IMG/VR virus record: IMGVR_UViG_3300036770_001413
Span: 32,001-96,000 of that record
DNA: 64,000 bases
Direction: 5' to 3' (one strand)
Source of the DNA: a virus
The position numbers and the translations under genes were made by a program. The notes under the pieces are model-generated. The model was not told where the DNA came from. It saw nothing but the letters and a program-made list of their open reading frames with translations, and did not search any database. The stretch's first letter is position 1; each line of letters begins with the position of its first letter. Below are positions 43,577 through 51,982 of the stretch, piece by piece.

Positions 43577-45511
43577 CTAAGAGGTAATATCCACAATTTC
43601 GCAATTTCCGTCAGAGGTGCATGCGAGTGTTTGTGTGCCACTTGTTCCATCTTCTGTCTCATAGAAAGATAAGTCTTCCCAACGAATAGACGATGGCATT
43701 TTTGCTAAAAGTTCAAGATACTCAGTTTCTGTAACTTGCTGATATGGGGCTTGCTTATATGAGTGATCTGAATGCGGTAGGAATGAAATACCAGAAACTT
43801 CATCGAAGTGTTTATATACCCATGCTCCAACTTCCATCCATTCATCTTCTTTTACTGAAACAGTAATTGATGGTTTATGTTCGCACCATTCACGCTGATA
43901 TACGAGCCATGTATTTAAATGATCAATAGCTGTAAGGTCATCTCGTACAATTGCGCCTTCTGGTGCTTTTACTGGAAATGAGAATACATAAGTATCATTA
44001 GGTTTCATAAAATCATCTTCCCATGGGATTCCGACTTCTTTTAAGAATGTTGATAGGGGATCTTTTTTATCTCCCCGCACAGTTCTAACATAATACTGAG
44101 AATGCCATGGATGCATGCCTGAAGAAACTCCAGTAAGTTGTGAAACAGTTCCAGATGGCTTGACACAAGTGATAGCAGTTGATTCGTTGATTCCAATCTT
44201 TGCTGCTTCTTCTTTATTGACATTTCTTGCAAGGTCACGAATCTCAGACAAGAACTTGCCTAATTCTTCTAGCCCTTCTTTTCCAGACATAAAGCTGTGT
44301 CCGAATTGACCAGTGATGGATACTCCAAGCAATCTTTCTTCTTCTGTGTTGTCTTTCCAAATTTTACGAAGATACTTAAAGTCCGTAAGTGTTGATTGCC
44401 AGGTTCCAAGAATCGTAGCTAATCTAACTTTGTTTTCAATATCGGCTAAAGTATCATCTTCACGAATTACAACTTCGGATAGATTACAGAACTGATAAGG
44501 TCTAAGGATAATCTCTGAGCAGGGGTTGGTTCCATAATGAATCTCTGGATCTCTCCGACCCCATCTTGCTGCCTGTTTCTGAGCTGCAGCAACATTGTAT
44601 ATGCCACGCTCACCTGATTTTGAATCATAAAGATTTTTCCATTCCGCAATAAACTGTTCCATTTCTGGTTTACGAGAATACGCTACTGAATTATTTGATA
44701 ATGCACGTTGTGAGTTTTTCTCCCACCAATTACCAGCTTTTGCTGCCGCCATTTCAATGTCGTTAATGTTTGATAGTGAAATCATTGCAGATCTACGAAC
44801 TCCACCAACAACTACAACTTCTCCAATCTTGCACATAATATCGTGTGCCTCTATTGGCTTTAATTGACGGCCTGCTGCTGCTTTAAATTTTGCAATCGTA
44901 AAGTCAAAAAGATTGATTAATGGCTGAGGACCTGATGATCGGCCTCCCATTGTTTTAAGACGTGCTCCTGCTGGTCGCAACTTTGAAACATCGATTGTAG
45001 GAATCTGTCCTGCCCACAACATTGCTAGCAGTTCACGATATGATTTTGCCCATCCATTCTTAGAATCTTCGACAACTATTGTGGTTGTAGACTTTTCAAA
45101 TGATTCTGGGACGGCAGGAAGTTTATTAACATACTTATATTCAACTGAGAAACCAACACCAGTTCCACACATTAATATATACATAGTTTCATCAAATGAA
45201 CGAGGTGAATCAACTGGAACAAATGAGCAGTTATATCCTGCAACATGATCTCTGTCAAGAGCAGGTCCTGCAGTCATTACTGCTCTCATTGAAGGCATTA
45301 CATTTCTATCATATACAAATTCTTTTAATTCATCTACAAGTTTTTTATTAGGGGTATAGTTAAAGTTATTCTTTAGATATTCCAGCATAAAGTTAAAATA
45401 ACGATCTACTGTTTCTCCCCATGTCTCTCTTCTGTTTTCATCTGATATCCATCTTGCATATCTGGATAATGCAATAAAATTTTCATATGGGTTTTCAATA
45501 ACTCTTGACAT
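43577..45511 (-). CDS. nrdJ: Class II (B12-dependent, monomeric) ribonucleotide reductase
   Basis: YNCSF, GTGVGFSV, GGVRRSA, GTNPCSEI, TCVKPSGTVSQL motifs and a C-terminal Cys pair. Confidence 0.93.
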   Translation of the reverse strand: MSRVIENPYENFIALSRYARWISDENRRETWGETVDRYFNFMLEYLKNNFNYTPNKKLVDELKEFVYDRNVMPSMRAVMTAGPALDRDHVAGYNCSFVPVDSPRSFDETMYILMCGTGVGFSVEYKYVNKLPAVPESFEKSTTTIVVEDSKNGWAKSYRELLAMLWAGQIPTIDVSKLRPAGARLKTMGGRSSGPQPLINLFDFTIAKFKAAAGRQLKPIEAHDIMCKIGEVVVVGGVRRSAMISLSNINDIEMAAAKAGNWWEKNSQRALSNNSVAYSRKPEMEQFIAEWKNLYDSKSGERGIYNVAAAQKQAARWGRRDPEIHYGTNPCSEIILRPYQFCNLSEVVIREDDTLADIENKVRLATILGTWQSTLTDFKYLRKIWKDNTEEERLLGVSITGQFGHSFMSGKEGLEELGKFLSEIRDLARNVNKEEAAKIGINESTAITCVKPSGTVSQLTGVSSGMHPWHSQYYVRTVRGDKKDPLSTFLKEVGIPWEDDFMKPNDTYVFSFPVKAPEGAIVRDDLTAIDHLNTWLVYQREWCEHKPSITVSVKEDEWMEVGAWVYKHFDEVSGISFLPHSDHSYKQAPYQQVTETEYLELLAKMPSSIRWEDLSFYETEDGTSGTQTLACTSDGNCEIVDITS

Positions 45512-45594
45512 ATAACACCTTTTCTCCGCCCTGCGGTTAATTTAAAAATTGATAGAGTCTTATTCTAGCAAACTTTATTTATAGAGGGAAGGGG

Positions 45595-46584
45595 TTAAGA
45601 GAACTTTTTAAAAATATGATCAAATGCATTATTAGTCAACCGATTCCAATTATACTCTTCATGAATCTTAGTTGACTGAGCATAGTAATAACCAGCATAT
45701 GCATTAAAGTTTATAGAAACATCTCTCATAAGTTCAAGTAGATGTTGATAGTTTGGTAGATAAACTTTTCCTTCATGTGGAAAAGGCCAAGGAGAATCTA
45801 TTACTTCCGACTTCAAACTTAATGGACCAATATATTTTTTATAATGTGCCCATTCGCTAACACAAATTGTTGGCATTCCAGTTGCTAATGCTTGTAATGG
45901 AATAAATCCAAATCCTTCTCCATAGCTGGGGTAGACAAGAACATCGTGATCATGATACAATTGAATTAATTCTTCTGTTGTCATATCTTTATCTACTATA
46001 TATATATTATTATATAATGCATTAGGTAAACCTAATATATTCTTATCTATATAATTATTATATATTCTAGTAGTATTATGTTTATAAGCTTTAATTGTTA
46101 ATGAGTAATTATTATTATTACCATAAAGATTAACGAAAGCATCTACTACCATTTGTCCAGCTTTACGTGGAGCAGGTTCGCCAACATGTAAAAACTTTAT
46201 AACGCCATCATCACGACGGCGGCGGGGGAACCAAGAAGATTCAATCCCATGTGGATAAACACGAACATCTTTGTATCCATTGTCTTCAAAAACATTGGCA
46301 CACCAATCAGATGTTGTCCAAATTTCATCAACAAGACTTAGTGTTTTACGCCATGTTTCTGGTATCACAGTTGATTCCCATGGAGTATAACTAATCTGAT
46401 ATTGATTTCGATGAAGTTTAAAGTAGTTTGGCTGAGAAAAATTTAATTGAACGGGCGCTTTTGAATATTGAAAATTAACTTGATGACCCAGATCTTTTAA
46501 TGAATTAATTATTTTTAAGCCTGCATGACCGTATCCATTATTAGTTTTCATGTTTACTGTCGGTGTTGAGAATGAAATATCCAT
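45595..46584 (-). CDS. Glycosyltransferase (GT-B, GT4-like)
   Basis: FLHVGEPAPRK and YPSYGEGFGFIPLQALATGMP motifs. Confidence 0.88.
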   Translation of the reverse strand: MDISFSTPTVNMKTNNGYGHAGLKIINSLKDLGHQVNFQYSKAPVQLNFSQPNYFKLHRNQYQISYTPWESTVIPETWRKTLSLVDEIWTTSDWCANVFEDNGYKDVRVYPHGIESSWFPRRRRDDGVIKFLHVGEPAPRKAGQMVVDAFVNLYGNNNNYSLTIKAYKHNTTRIYNNYIDKNILGLPNALYNNIYIVDKDMTTEELIQLYHDHDVLVYPSYGEGFGFIPLQALATGMPTICVSEWAHYKKYIGPLSLKSEVIDSPWPFPHEGKVYLPNYQHLLELMRDVSINFNAYAGYYYAQSTKIHEEYNWNRLTNNAFDHIFKKFS

Positions 46585-46605
46585 ATAATTTTCTGGTCAA
46601 CTAGC

Positions 46606-46635
46606 TTGACACGATTTGCCAAACAATGCTACTAT
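46606..46635 (+). promoter_or_regulatory. Housekeeping-sigma promoter of the transglycosylase operon
   Basis: TTGACA-N18-TACTAT with an extended TG. Confidence 0.6.
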
Positions 46636-46667
46636 TATAGTTCGTTATCTCTAAAGGAGGAATACCA

Positions 46668-47255
46668 ATGGAGAATATAAAAGAAAAGCTGAGCGATGTT
46701 GCTCATAGCTGGTCCGTTATAGGAATGATAACATTGTTTCTATTCGGAGTCCAGCCTGAAACAATGACGCCAGCACAAGCTTTATCTTCTGAAGTGCAAG
46801 TACAGCATTTAACTGTTACGCCTAAAGAAGAAAAGCTACAAGCAAAACAACTGAAGAAAGAAACGCTGGAAAAATTCAGCAACACTGTGTACAAACCTTC
46901 AGATATGCTTACAGACAAAGAGTTGCTGCAACTTCTCAAGTCTATAGGATTTGAAGGACAAGCCCTTAAAATGGCTTGGGGTATTGCCAAAGCGGAGTCC
47001 AATGGACGCCCTATGGCTTACAACGGAAACAGGAATACTGGAGACAGTTCCTACGGAATTTTTCAGATCAATATGCTAGGTAACCTTGGTGATGATCGCA
47101 AAGAGAAATTCGACCTGAGATCAAACGTATTATTGTTCGATCCAGTAATTAACGCAGAGATAACGTATTATATGACTAGAGGCGGAGTAGATTGGTCATC
47201 CTGGCCAAATTCTATTAGTAAAGCTAAGAAGTTGATAAATCAATTTCCAAAGTAG
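46668..47255 (+). CDS. Secreted lysozyme-like / lytic transglycosylase
   Basis: Hydrophobic N-terminus with AQA; IAKAESNG...SYGIFQIN...DPVINA motifs. Confidence 0.82.
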   Translation: MENIKEKLSDVAHSWSVIGMITLFLFGVQPETMTPAQALSSEVQVQHLTVTPKEEKLQAKQLKKETLEKFSNTVYKPSDMLTDKELLQLLKSIGFEGQALKMAWGIAKAESNGRPMAYNGNRNTGDSSYGIFQINMLGNLGDDRKEKFDLRSNVLLFDPVINAEITYYMTRGGVDWSSWPNSISKAKKLINQFPK

Positions 47256-47267
47256 TTAGGAGATAAA

Positions 47268-47474
47268 TTGAGGATACAGATTGTGTCCAAATATTTAACC
47301 CTTGCAGAAGAGGGCCTTGTTGCAAAAATGGATTGTCCATTATGCCAAGGCCTTCTAATGCCTAATCAAGATAATAATGATAAAATTTACCTATACTGCC
47401 TTTCTTGTGAATACAGGAATGAAATAGGATTGGATCAATATGACAGAATGGAAAAAGCCATCTCAGGAAAGTGA
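47268..47474 (+). CDS. Small zinc-ribbon protein
   Basis: CPLC...CLSC. Confidence 0.65.
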   Translation: MRIQIVSKYLTLAEEGLVAKMDCPLCQGLLMPNQDNNDKIYLYCLSCEYRNEIGLDQYDRMEKAISGK

Positions 47475-47540
47475 GAGCGGCGAGATAGAAGAAATAGACA
47501 ATATGGGTCGAGAGAAATTTTGGGAAGATATAGGTAGGCC

Positions 47541-47747
47541 ATGAGCGAAGAAGAAACAAAACAAGACTTATCCGAAAATTTGGATATGGTCAACTATATT
47601 ATGCTTCATAGAATATATGACGTCATGACTATTATTGCCAGTAAATTAGTAGGGGCGGAAGAAGTAGATAAGATGATTAAATATCATAATGAGGGATATT
47701 TATTAGGCCCCGCCCCATCTTATACCCCACAAGAAGAAAATGAATAA
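47541..47747 (+). CDS. Hypothetical protein
   Basis: ORF in operon. Confidence 0.6.
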   Translation: MSEEETKQDLSENLDMVNYIMLHRIYDVMTIIASKLVGAEEVDKMIKYHNEGYLLGPAPSYTPQEENE

Positions 47748-48018
47748 ATTATATATCGATCAAATTACTCGGTATATGAATAATGCTAAATTAAAATATC
47801 AAAATTATTATGATGACACGGCTATGGCAACTGGAGCCCTGGAGTGGATTACAGCATACCTGGAAAAATTGCTAGGAAATTGCCAGAACGTCTCAGAGGG
47901 CAAATGTGATACTTGGTGGCGGCATGAAGATTGCAATTCTCTAATGGCCATTCTAGCCGATTTAACAGGGGATGAGAAATATACAATAAAACCCATGAAA
48001 GCTAATTCCTGGGATTAA
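47740..48018 (+). CDS. Hypothetical protein
   Basis: ORF in operon. Confidence 0.55.
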   Translation: MNKLYIDQITRYMNNAKLKYQNYYDDTAMATGALEWITAYLEKLLGNCQNVSEGKCDTWWRHEDCNSLMAILADLTGDEKYTIKPMKANSWD

Positions 48019-48061
48019 AAAGTAGTTGACTTAAAAAATATAATATGTGACAATTAGATCT

Positions 48062-48150
48062 GTATGGGTCGTAGCATCCCACATGTTCCCCATACTTACG
48101 CTTCGGCGTAGCAAAGCCCAATTGGATCCGCCTCCGATTGGGTTTTGTCC
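48062..48150 (+). ncRNA. Candidate structured small RNA
   Basis: Three consecutive hairpins including a C(UUCG)G loop, downstream of TTGACT-N17-GACAAT. Confidence 0.45.
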
Positions 48151-48239
48151 TTTATATAGTGCATTGCGTCGAAATTGCAAAAAATTGAAAGTGCGGCGGA
48201 AGAAGAGAACCATTACCCATTTAACGGTATAATATCTAT

Positions 48240-48524
48240 ATGATCAGAACTAAAAATCTTTCATTAGACAATACTGCCAAAGAATTAACATTTTCTGATG
48301 AAGTAGATTCTCATTACAGCATAATAATAACTAATACCAGTTCGAACAAACATGCTCTGGTAGGAGATATCAATGTGTCTACGACACACTATGGTCTCCG
48401 AGTTGAGCATGATGGTCCACCAGTAATACTGGAGAATATGTCTTTTAAAGATAGACTATATGGAATATCTGAAGATCCTAATACGGCAACTAGTGTTGCT
48501 ATTATGGTTATAGAGAGGAATTAG
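48240..48524 (+). CDS. Hypothetical protein (probably leaderless)
   Basis: TATAAT 6 nt before ATG. Confidence 0.65.
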   Translation: MIRTKNLSLDNTAKELTFSDEVDSHYSIIITNTSSNKHALVGDINVSTTHYGLRVEHDGPPVILENMSFKDRLYGISEDPNTATSVAIMVIERN

Positions 48525-48551
48525 TTTTTTTAATTCCCGCCCCAAAATATG

Positions 48552-48624
48552 CTGGATCACTAGGATTCGAACCTAGGACCTAGAAGTTAACAGCTTCCCG
48601 CTCTGCCTGCTGAGCTATGATCCA
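48552..48624 (-). tRNA. tRNA-Asn (GTT)
   Basis: TGGATCA/TGATCCA acceptor stem, AGCTCAGCAGGCAGAGC D arm, GGAAG-CTGTTAA-CTTCT anticodon arm, GGTTCGAATCC T arm; CCA not encoded. Confidence 0.95.
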
Positions 48625-48637
48625 ATATTACAGTCGA

Positions 48638-48919
48638 CTAAGATATTTTCTTCTGTTTTCTAAAATGTGTTCTCTCTCTATGACAATTTGAGCAAACTAT
48701 TTCGCATTTAGCTATTTCTTCATCTATCTTTTTTCTGCTGAGAGTTGGAACTAATTCCATTACGTTCTTATGCTTCCGCCCCCGAACATGATCAAAATCC
48801 ATAACGTAGTATGGATAATAAGATCCACAATCGGAACAGGGAGAAGATTCCTTTAGGTTTCGCAGATACTTATAAAGTTCCGCTTTCCTTTTAGCAATTG
48901 AAACCTTCTCGGATTTCAT
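48638..48919 (-). CDS. HNH endonuclease-like protein
   Basis: CSDCG...FDHVRG...CEIVCSNCHRERT. Confidence 0.85.
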   Translation of the reverse strand: MKSEKVSIAKRKAELYKYLRNLKESSPCSDCGSYYPYYVMDFDHVRGRKHKNVMELVPTLSRKKIDEEIAKCEIVCSNCHRERTHFRKQKKIS

Positions 48920-48941
48920 ATGCCATTATTCTATCATGTGT

Positions 48942-48957
48942 TGTTTCACATGAAACA
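48942..48957. promoter_or_regulatory. parS-like palindrome
   Basis: TGTTTCACATGAAACA, 15/16 to the parS consensus TGTTTCACGTGAAACA. Confidence 0.65.
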
Positions 48958-48965
48958 TCAGTTGA

Positions 48966-49142
48966 CTATTTTTTTACTCCATTATAAATAGGAACTGAGT
49001 CCATTAATCTGACCTTGCGGGTTGTGACATATCCGCCTTTATCGTCTAATTGCATTCTGGCGGATTCTTCATTTTCCGCCAAAATTTGAACGATCATTTC
49101 GACCTTATAGCTAAAGCAAACTGTATCTTCAATTTTATCCAT
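48966..49142 (-). CDS. Hypothetical protein (58 aa, probably leaderless)
   Basis: MDKIEDTVCFSYKVEMIVQILAENEESAR...; TGCTATACT 7 nt upstream. Confidence 0.6.
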   Translation of the reverse strand: MDKIEDTVCFSYKVEMIVQILAENEESARMQLDDKGGYVTTRKVRLMDSVPIYNGVKK

Positions 49143-49275
49143 AAGGTTAAGTATAGCATTTATTATTCTAGTTGACTATAAATTAGGATTTCTAAAATGT
49201 TAATATATTTTTAATTTGTATGATGCAGGGTATTTAGATGTCCGATTTGTCCAAATAGAGCGACCATATGTGATA

Positions 49276-49291
49276 TGTTTCACATGAAACT
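49276..49291. promoter_or_regulatory. parS-like palindrome
   Basis: TGTTTCACATGAAACT, 14/16 to consensus; same 15-nt core as the 48942 site. Confidence 0.6.
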
Positions 49292-49399
49292 TGTGTGATT
49301 CACATCACCAATGTCCGATTTGCTCACATTTGTCTGGTTGAATATGTCAGTGGGGGGGTGTAGTATTTAATTATTAGATAAACGAAAGGAGTCAATAAA

Positions 49400-49591
49400 A
49401 TGACTACACTAAAATATGAATATACTGTAAAGAATTTTACCTGTGATGAGTGTGGAGAATTCTCCGATGAATTATCCAATATCACTACTGATATATCAGA
49501 TACCACTATTACCGCCCTATGCTGTGATACTGAGTATTGGGTCTATGACCTAAATCAGCTAGGTTATCAGGTTGAGGAGGTTATCCGCTAA
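49400..49591 (+). CDS. Small acidic Cys-containing early protein
   Basis: CDEC...CC; promoter and RBS present. Confidence 0.7.
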   Translation: MTTLKYEYTVKNFTCDECGEFSDELSNITTDISDTTITALCCDTEYWVYDLNQLGYQVEEVIR

Positions 49592-49701
49592 TGATAGACT
49601 CACTAACTAGAATTGACTGTAATGAGTGTAATGGTCAGGGTCTTATATTCTGGGGCAATGACTCAGACTACGATGTTGAACCTTGCGAGTGTGTGGCGTA
49701 A
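49591..49701 (+). CDS. 36-aa zinc-finger-like peptide
   Basis: CNECNGQG...YDVEPCEC; paralog of 51056..51217. Confidence 0.6.
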   Translation: MIDSLTRIDCNECNGQGLIFWGNDSDYDVEPCECVA

Positions 49702-49778
49702 ATCACACCAGACACGCCCTAGATAGGCTTGAAAATGTCAGACCTATCTGATAGCCTTACGGCATAACAATTAAATAA

Positions 49779-49834
49779 GAGAGTATGAGCCTAGCAAATA
49801 AACCGAAAGGGTGAGCCTAGCAAATAAGACTCTC
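49779..49834 (+). repeat. 16-bp direct repeat inside a stem in a 5' leader
   Basis: TGAGCCTAGCAAATAA at 49786 and 49812; enclosed by GAGAGT/ACTCTC and separated by CC-GAAA-GG. Confidence 0.8.
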
Positions 49835-49856
49835 ACTAACGAAAGGAAATAAATAA

Positions 49857-50021
49857 ATGAAAATCACTTACTCAATATGGCAGGGTAGCCTAATCAAGGG
49901 CTCACGATTCACCGCCTCAAATATGAAAGAAATCGCTAAGGTTATAGATGACCTAAACTCAACAGGTGCTAAACCTAAGTTTGAGTATTTCATCTCTCAA
50001 GTAGAACAGGATAACAAGTAA
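49857..50021 (+). CDS. Hypothetical early protein (54 aa)
   Basis: MKITYSIWQG...; AACGAAAGGAA RBS. Confidence 0.7.
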   Translation: MKITYSIWQGSLIKGSRFTASNMKEIAKVIDDLNSTGAKPKFEYFISQVEQDNK

Positions 50022-50200
50022 TGACTTACGCTATGACTTGGGAGCGAGATTATCGCTCCTACAAATACGAAACTATTCAAGATAATTATCTTGATGATGA
50101 CTTAGATGATGAACCGACAGACTTTACCGAAGTTGCCTTATCAGAGATTTCTCTTGATGAATTAGACGATGACGAATTAACAGAATTGGGTTTAATATAA
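50021..50200 (+). CDS. Highly acidic 59-aa protein
   Basis: 20 of 59 residues are D/E; translationally coupled. Confidence 0.65.
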   Translation: MTYAMTWERDYRSYKYETIQDNYLDDDLDDEPTDFTEVALSEISLDELDDDELTELGLI

Positions 50201-50347
50201 ATGGATACATATAACAGAATACTAAAGGCTCAACAGGAGCGTAGAGAATTACAGGCTCTAAAGGATAAGCAAGTAGTAGAGGCTATGTTTGCTAATCATA
50301 TGCGCCCTCTAAATAATAAGCACTTACTAAAGGAAATAGAGAGATGA
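50201..50347 (+). CDS. Hypothetical early protein (48 aa)
   Basis: MDTYNRILKAQQERREL...; abuts the previous stop. Confidence 0.55.
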   Translation: MDTYNRILKAQQERRELQALKDKQVVEAMFANHMRPLNNKHLLKEIER

Positions 50348-50651
50348 TAAATCTTATTCATACCGCCGCCCTATTATCTTTGTGTATAGGGCTAGGCTGG
50401 GCGTTTGTGATGTTTATCACACGCTAAATCGGCGTGTCAGCTTGACAAGATCGGCGGGCCCCCGCACAGTTGTGCGGGCGATTTATCCCTTATGAGCATT
50501 ATGTCCGATTCCCCGAAATCCTGCGACACGCCGAGAATTTTGTGAATTTTCTCACACGACTGAGCGTCTCATATTTTGGAATTACTCGCTAGTAAGTAGA
50601 GAAATGTCGGTGGGCTTTGGTAAAATATCAGCATAAAGAAAGGAAAACTAA

Positions 50652-50864
50652 ATGAAAACTTATTCAATAGTAGATTTGCTAGTTGACCAATACTACGCCC
50701 CTACTTCTCTCCGCCGTAGATTTAATGGTGGAATTATCAATTACGCAGAAAAGCGTGAAAATGTTTATTTATCCGAAGGCTACGAGGCTTTCGCTATTCG
50801 CTACCGCCCAACAGGGTCAATTCAAGACCAATGGGCAACAGTAGCCGTAAAAGTCGCCGACTAA
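50652..50864 (+). CDS. Hypothetical early protein
   Basis: Promoter and RBS present. Confidence 0.75.
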   Translation: MKTYSIVDLLVDQYYAPTSLRRRFNGGIINYAEKRENVYLSEGYEAFAIRYRPTGSIQDQWATVAVKVAD

Positions 50865-50917
50865 ATGTCGGTGGCTTCCACTATAATCAGATTTATCAAA
50901 ACGAAAGGAAAACTAAA

Positions 50918-51055
50918 ATGGATCTAAAAGAATTTAGAGATTTTATTATTGCCCAGCGCTTGGCAGAAAATAAAGAAAAGCGCAACGCTAATCTCACCGC
51001 AATTTTGTCGGTGGCTAATGCTACAATTACCGAAACAACAGGAAAGGAAAACTAA
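50918..51055 (+). CDS. Hypothetical early protein (45 aa)
   Basis: Start MDLKEFRD after the RBS; contains the next promoter. Confidence 0.65.
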   Translation: MDLKEFRDFIIAQRLAENKEKRNANLTAILSVANATITETTGKEN

Positions 51056-51217
51056 ATGAGTAAAATGAAACGACTACTAGAGGAAATTTCTAATTGCGAT
51101 ACTTGCTTTGGAAATGGCTATCTATACTACGGAGATGAGGAAACTTTTGATGTTGAGCCTTGTCTATGTAATCCAGAAAGTCTTGAACACCAACTATTCG
51201 GAAAAGAGGCTGACTAA
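51056..51217 (+). CDS. 53-aa zinc-finger-like protein
   Basis: CDTCFGNG...FDVEPCLC. Confidence 0.7.
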   Translation: MSKMKRLLEEISNCDTCFGNGYLYYGDEETFDVEPCLCNPESLEHQLFGKEAD

Positions 51218-51417
51218 TGTATAAACTATTTACTTACTATGACGGAAAATTAGAATTCACCGCTAATTTCTCAGACGCTCTTGAAGCGTTTGAGGCTTTC
51301 GCAAGATGTAAAGATGTAGGTTTTGCTATTGAAAACGCAACTTATAATCTAGAAATGCCAACAGGCAAAATGTATACAAAAAACTTTGACAGAATAGGTT
51401 TGGTATCTCACCGATGA
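51217..51417 (+). CDS. Hypothetical early protein
   Basis: Translationally coupled ORF. Confidence 0.65.
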   Translation: MYKLFTYYDGKLEFTANFSDALEAFEAFARCKDVGFAIENATYNLEMPTGKMYTKNFDRIGLVSHR

Positions 51418-51605
51418 TGACTAGAAAAGACTATGTCGCTACCGCAGAAATTCTAAACTATGTTAGCGATAAAACCCACCCCGCTATTTTTTCTAAAATG
51501 GTAAATGATTTCGCAGAAATGTTTGCGAAAGATAATCCTAAATTTGATGTAAAAAGATTTCACGAAGCGAGCAATTATCGTGTTCCAAAATTTACAGCGA
51601 ATTAA
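51414..51605 (+). CDS. Hypothetical early protein
   Basis: MTRKDYVATAEIL...FAKDNPKFDVKRF; coupled ORF. Confidence 0.7.
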   Translation: MMTRKDYVATAEILNYVSDKTHPAIFSKMVNDFAEMFAKDNPKFDVKRFHEASNYRVPKFTAN

Positions 51606-51705
51606 AAAAGTTTTGGATTTGCGCCGTAGTAATGCGGCGCAACCAATGCGAAATAAAAAAATTTATTCACGAAAGCGAAAGCATAAAAATAAATTTGACA
51701 ATTAG
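51580..51705 (+). CDS. Small basic protein (41 aa)
   Basis: GTG start; LRRSNAAQP...NKKIYSRKRKH. Confidence 0.5.
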   Translation: MFQNLQRIKKVLDLRRSNAAQPMRNKKIYSRKRKHKNKFDN

Positions 51706-51822
51706 TTGAAATGGCCCGCAAATATGTGTGGGGGCCTGATGTGATTTACGACACACACGGCGTGTCCCCGAAATTTTGTCAGTGTAATCTGTTATACTAG
51801 CGGCATAACGAAAGGAAAACTA

Positions 51823-51969
51823 ATGATAAAAGTTGCTTGTTTATATTATGAGATTTGTGGCACTGCTACCTATTTTGTTGATGAGGCGGAATATGAGGTC
51901 TATGGCGATGATTGGGCATGCGCCGAATGCTTAGATACTGTTGCCGAATTCGCTGTCGGTATGTGGTGA
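51823..51969 (+). CDS. Small acidic Cys-rich protein (48 aa)
   Basis: Promoter and RBS present; CLYYEIC...CAEC. Confidence 0.65.
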   Translation: MIKVACLYYEICGTATYFVDEAEYEVYGDDWACAECLDTVAEFAVGMW

Positions 51970-51982
51970 TAGAATGTCCACT

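Noticed and set aside
46636-46667. c-di-AMP (ydaO) riboswitch before the muralytic gene
   Set aside because: The leader is only about 25-30 nt and lacks the conserved elements.
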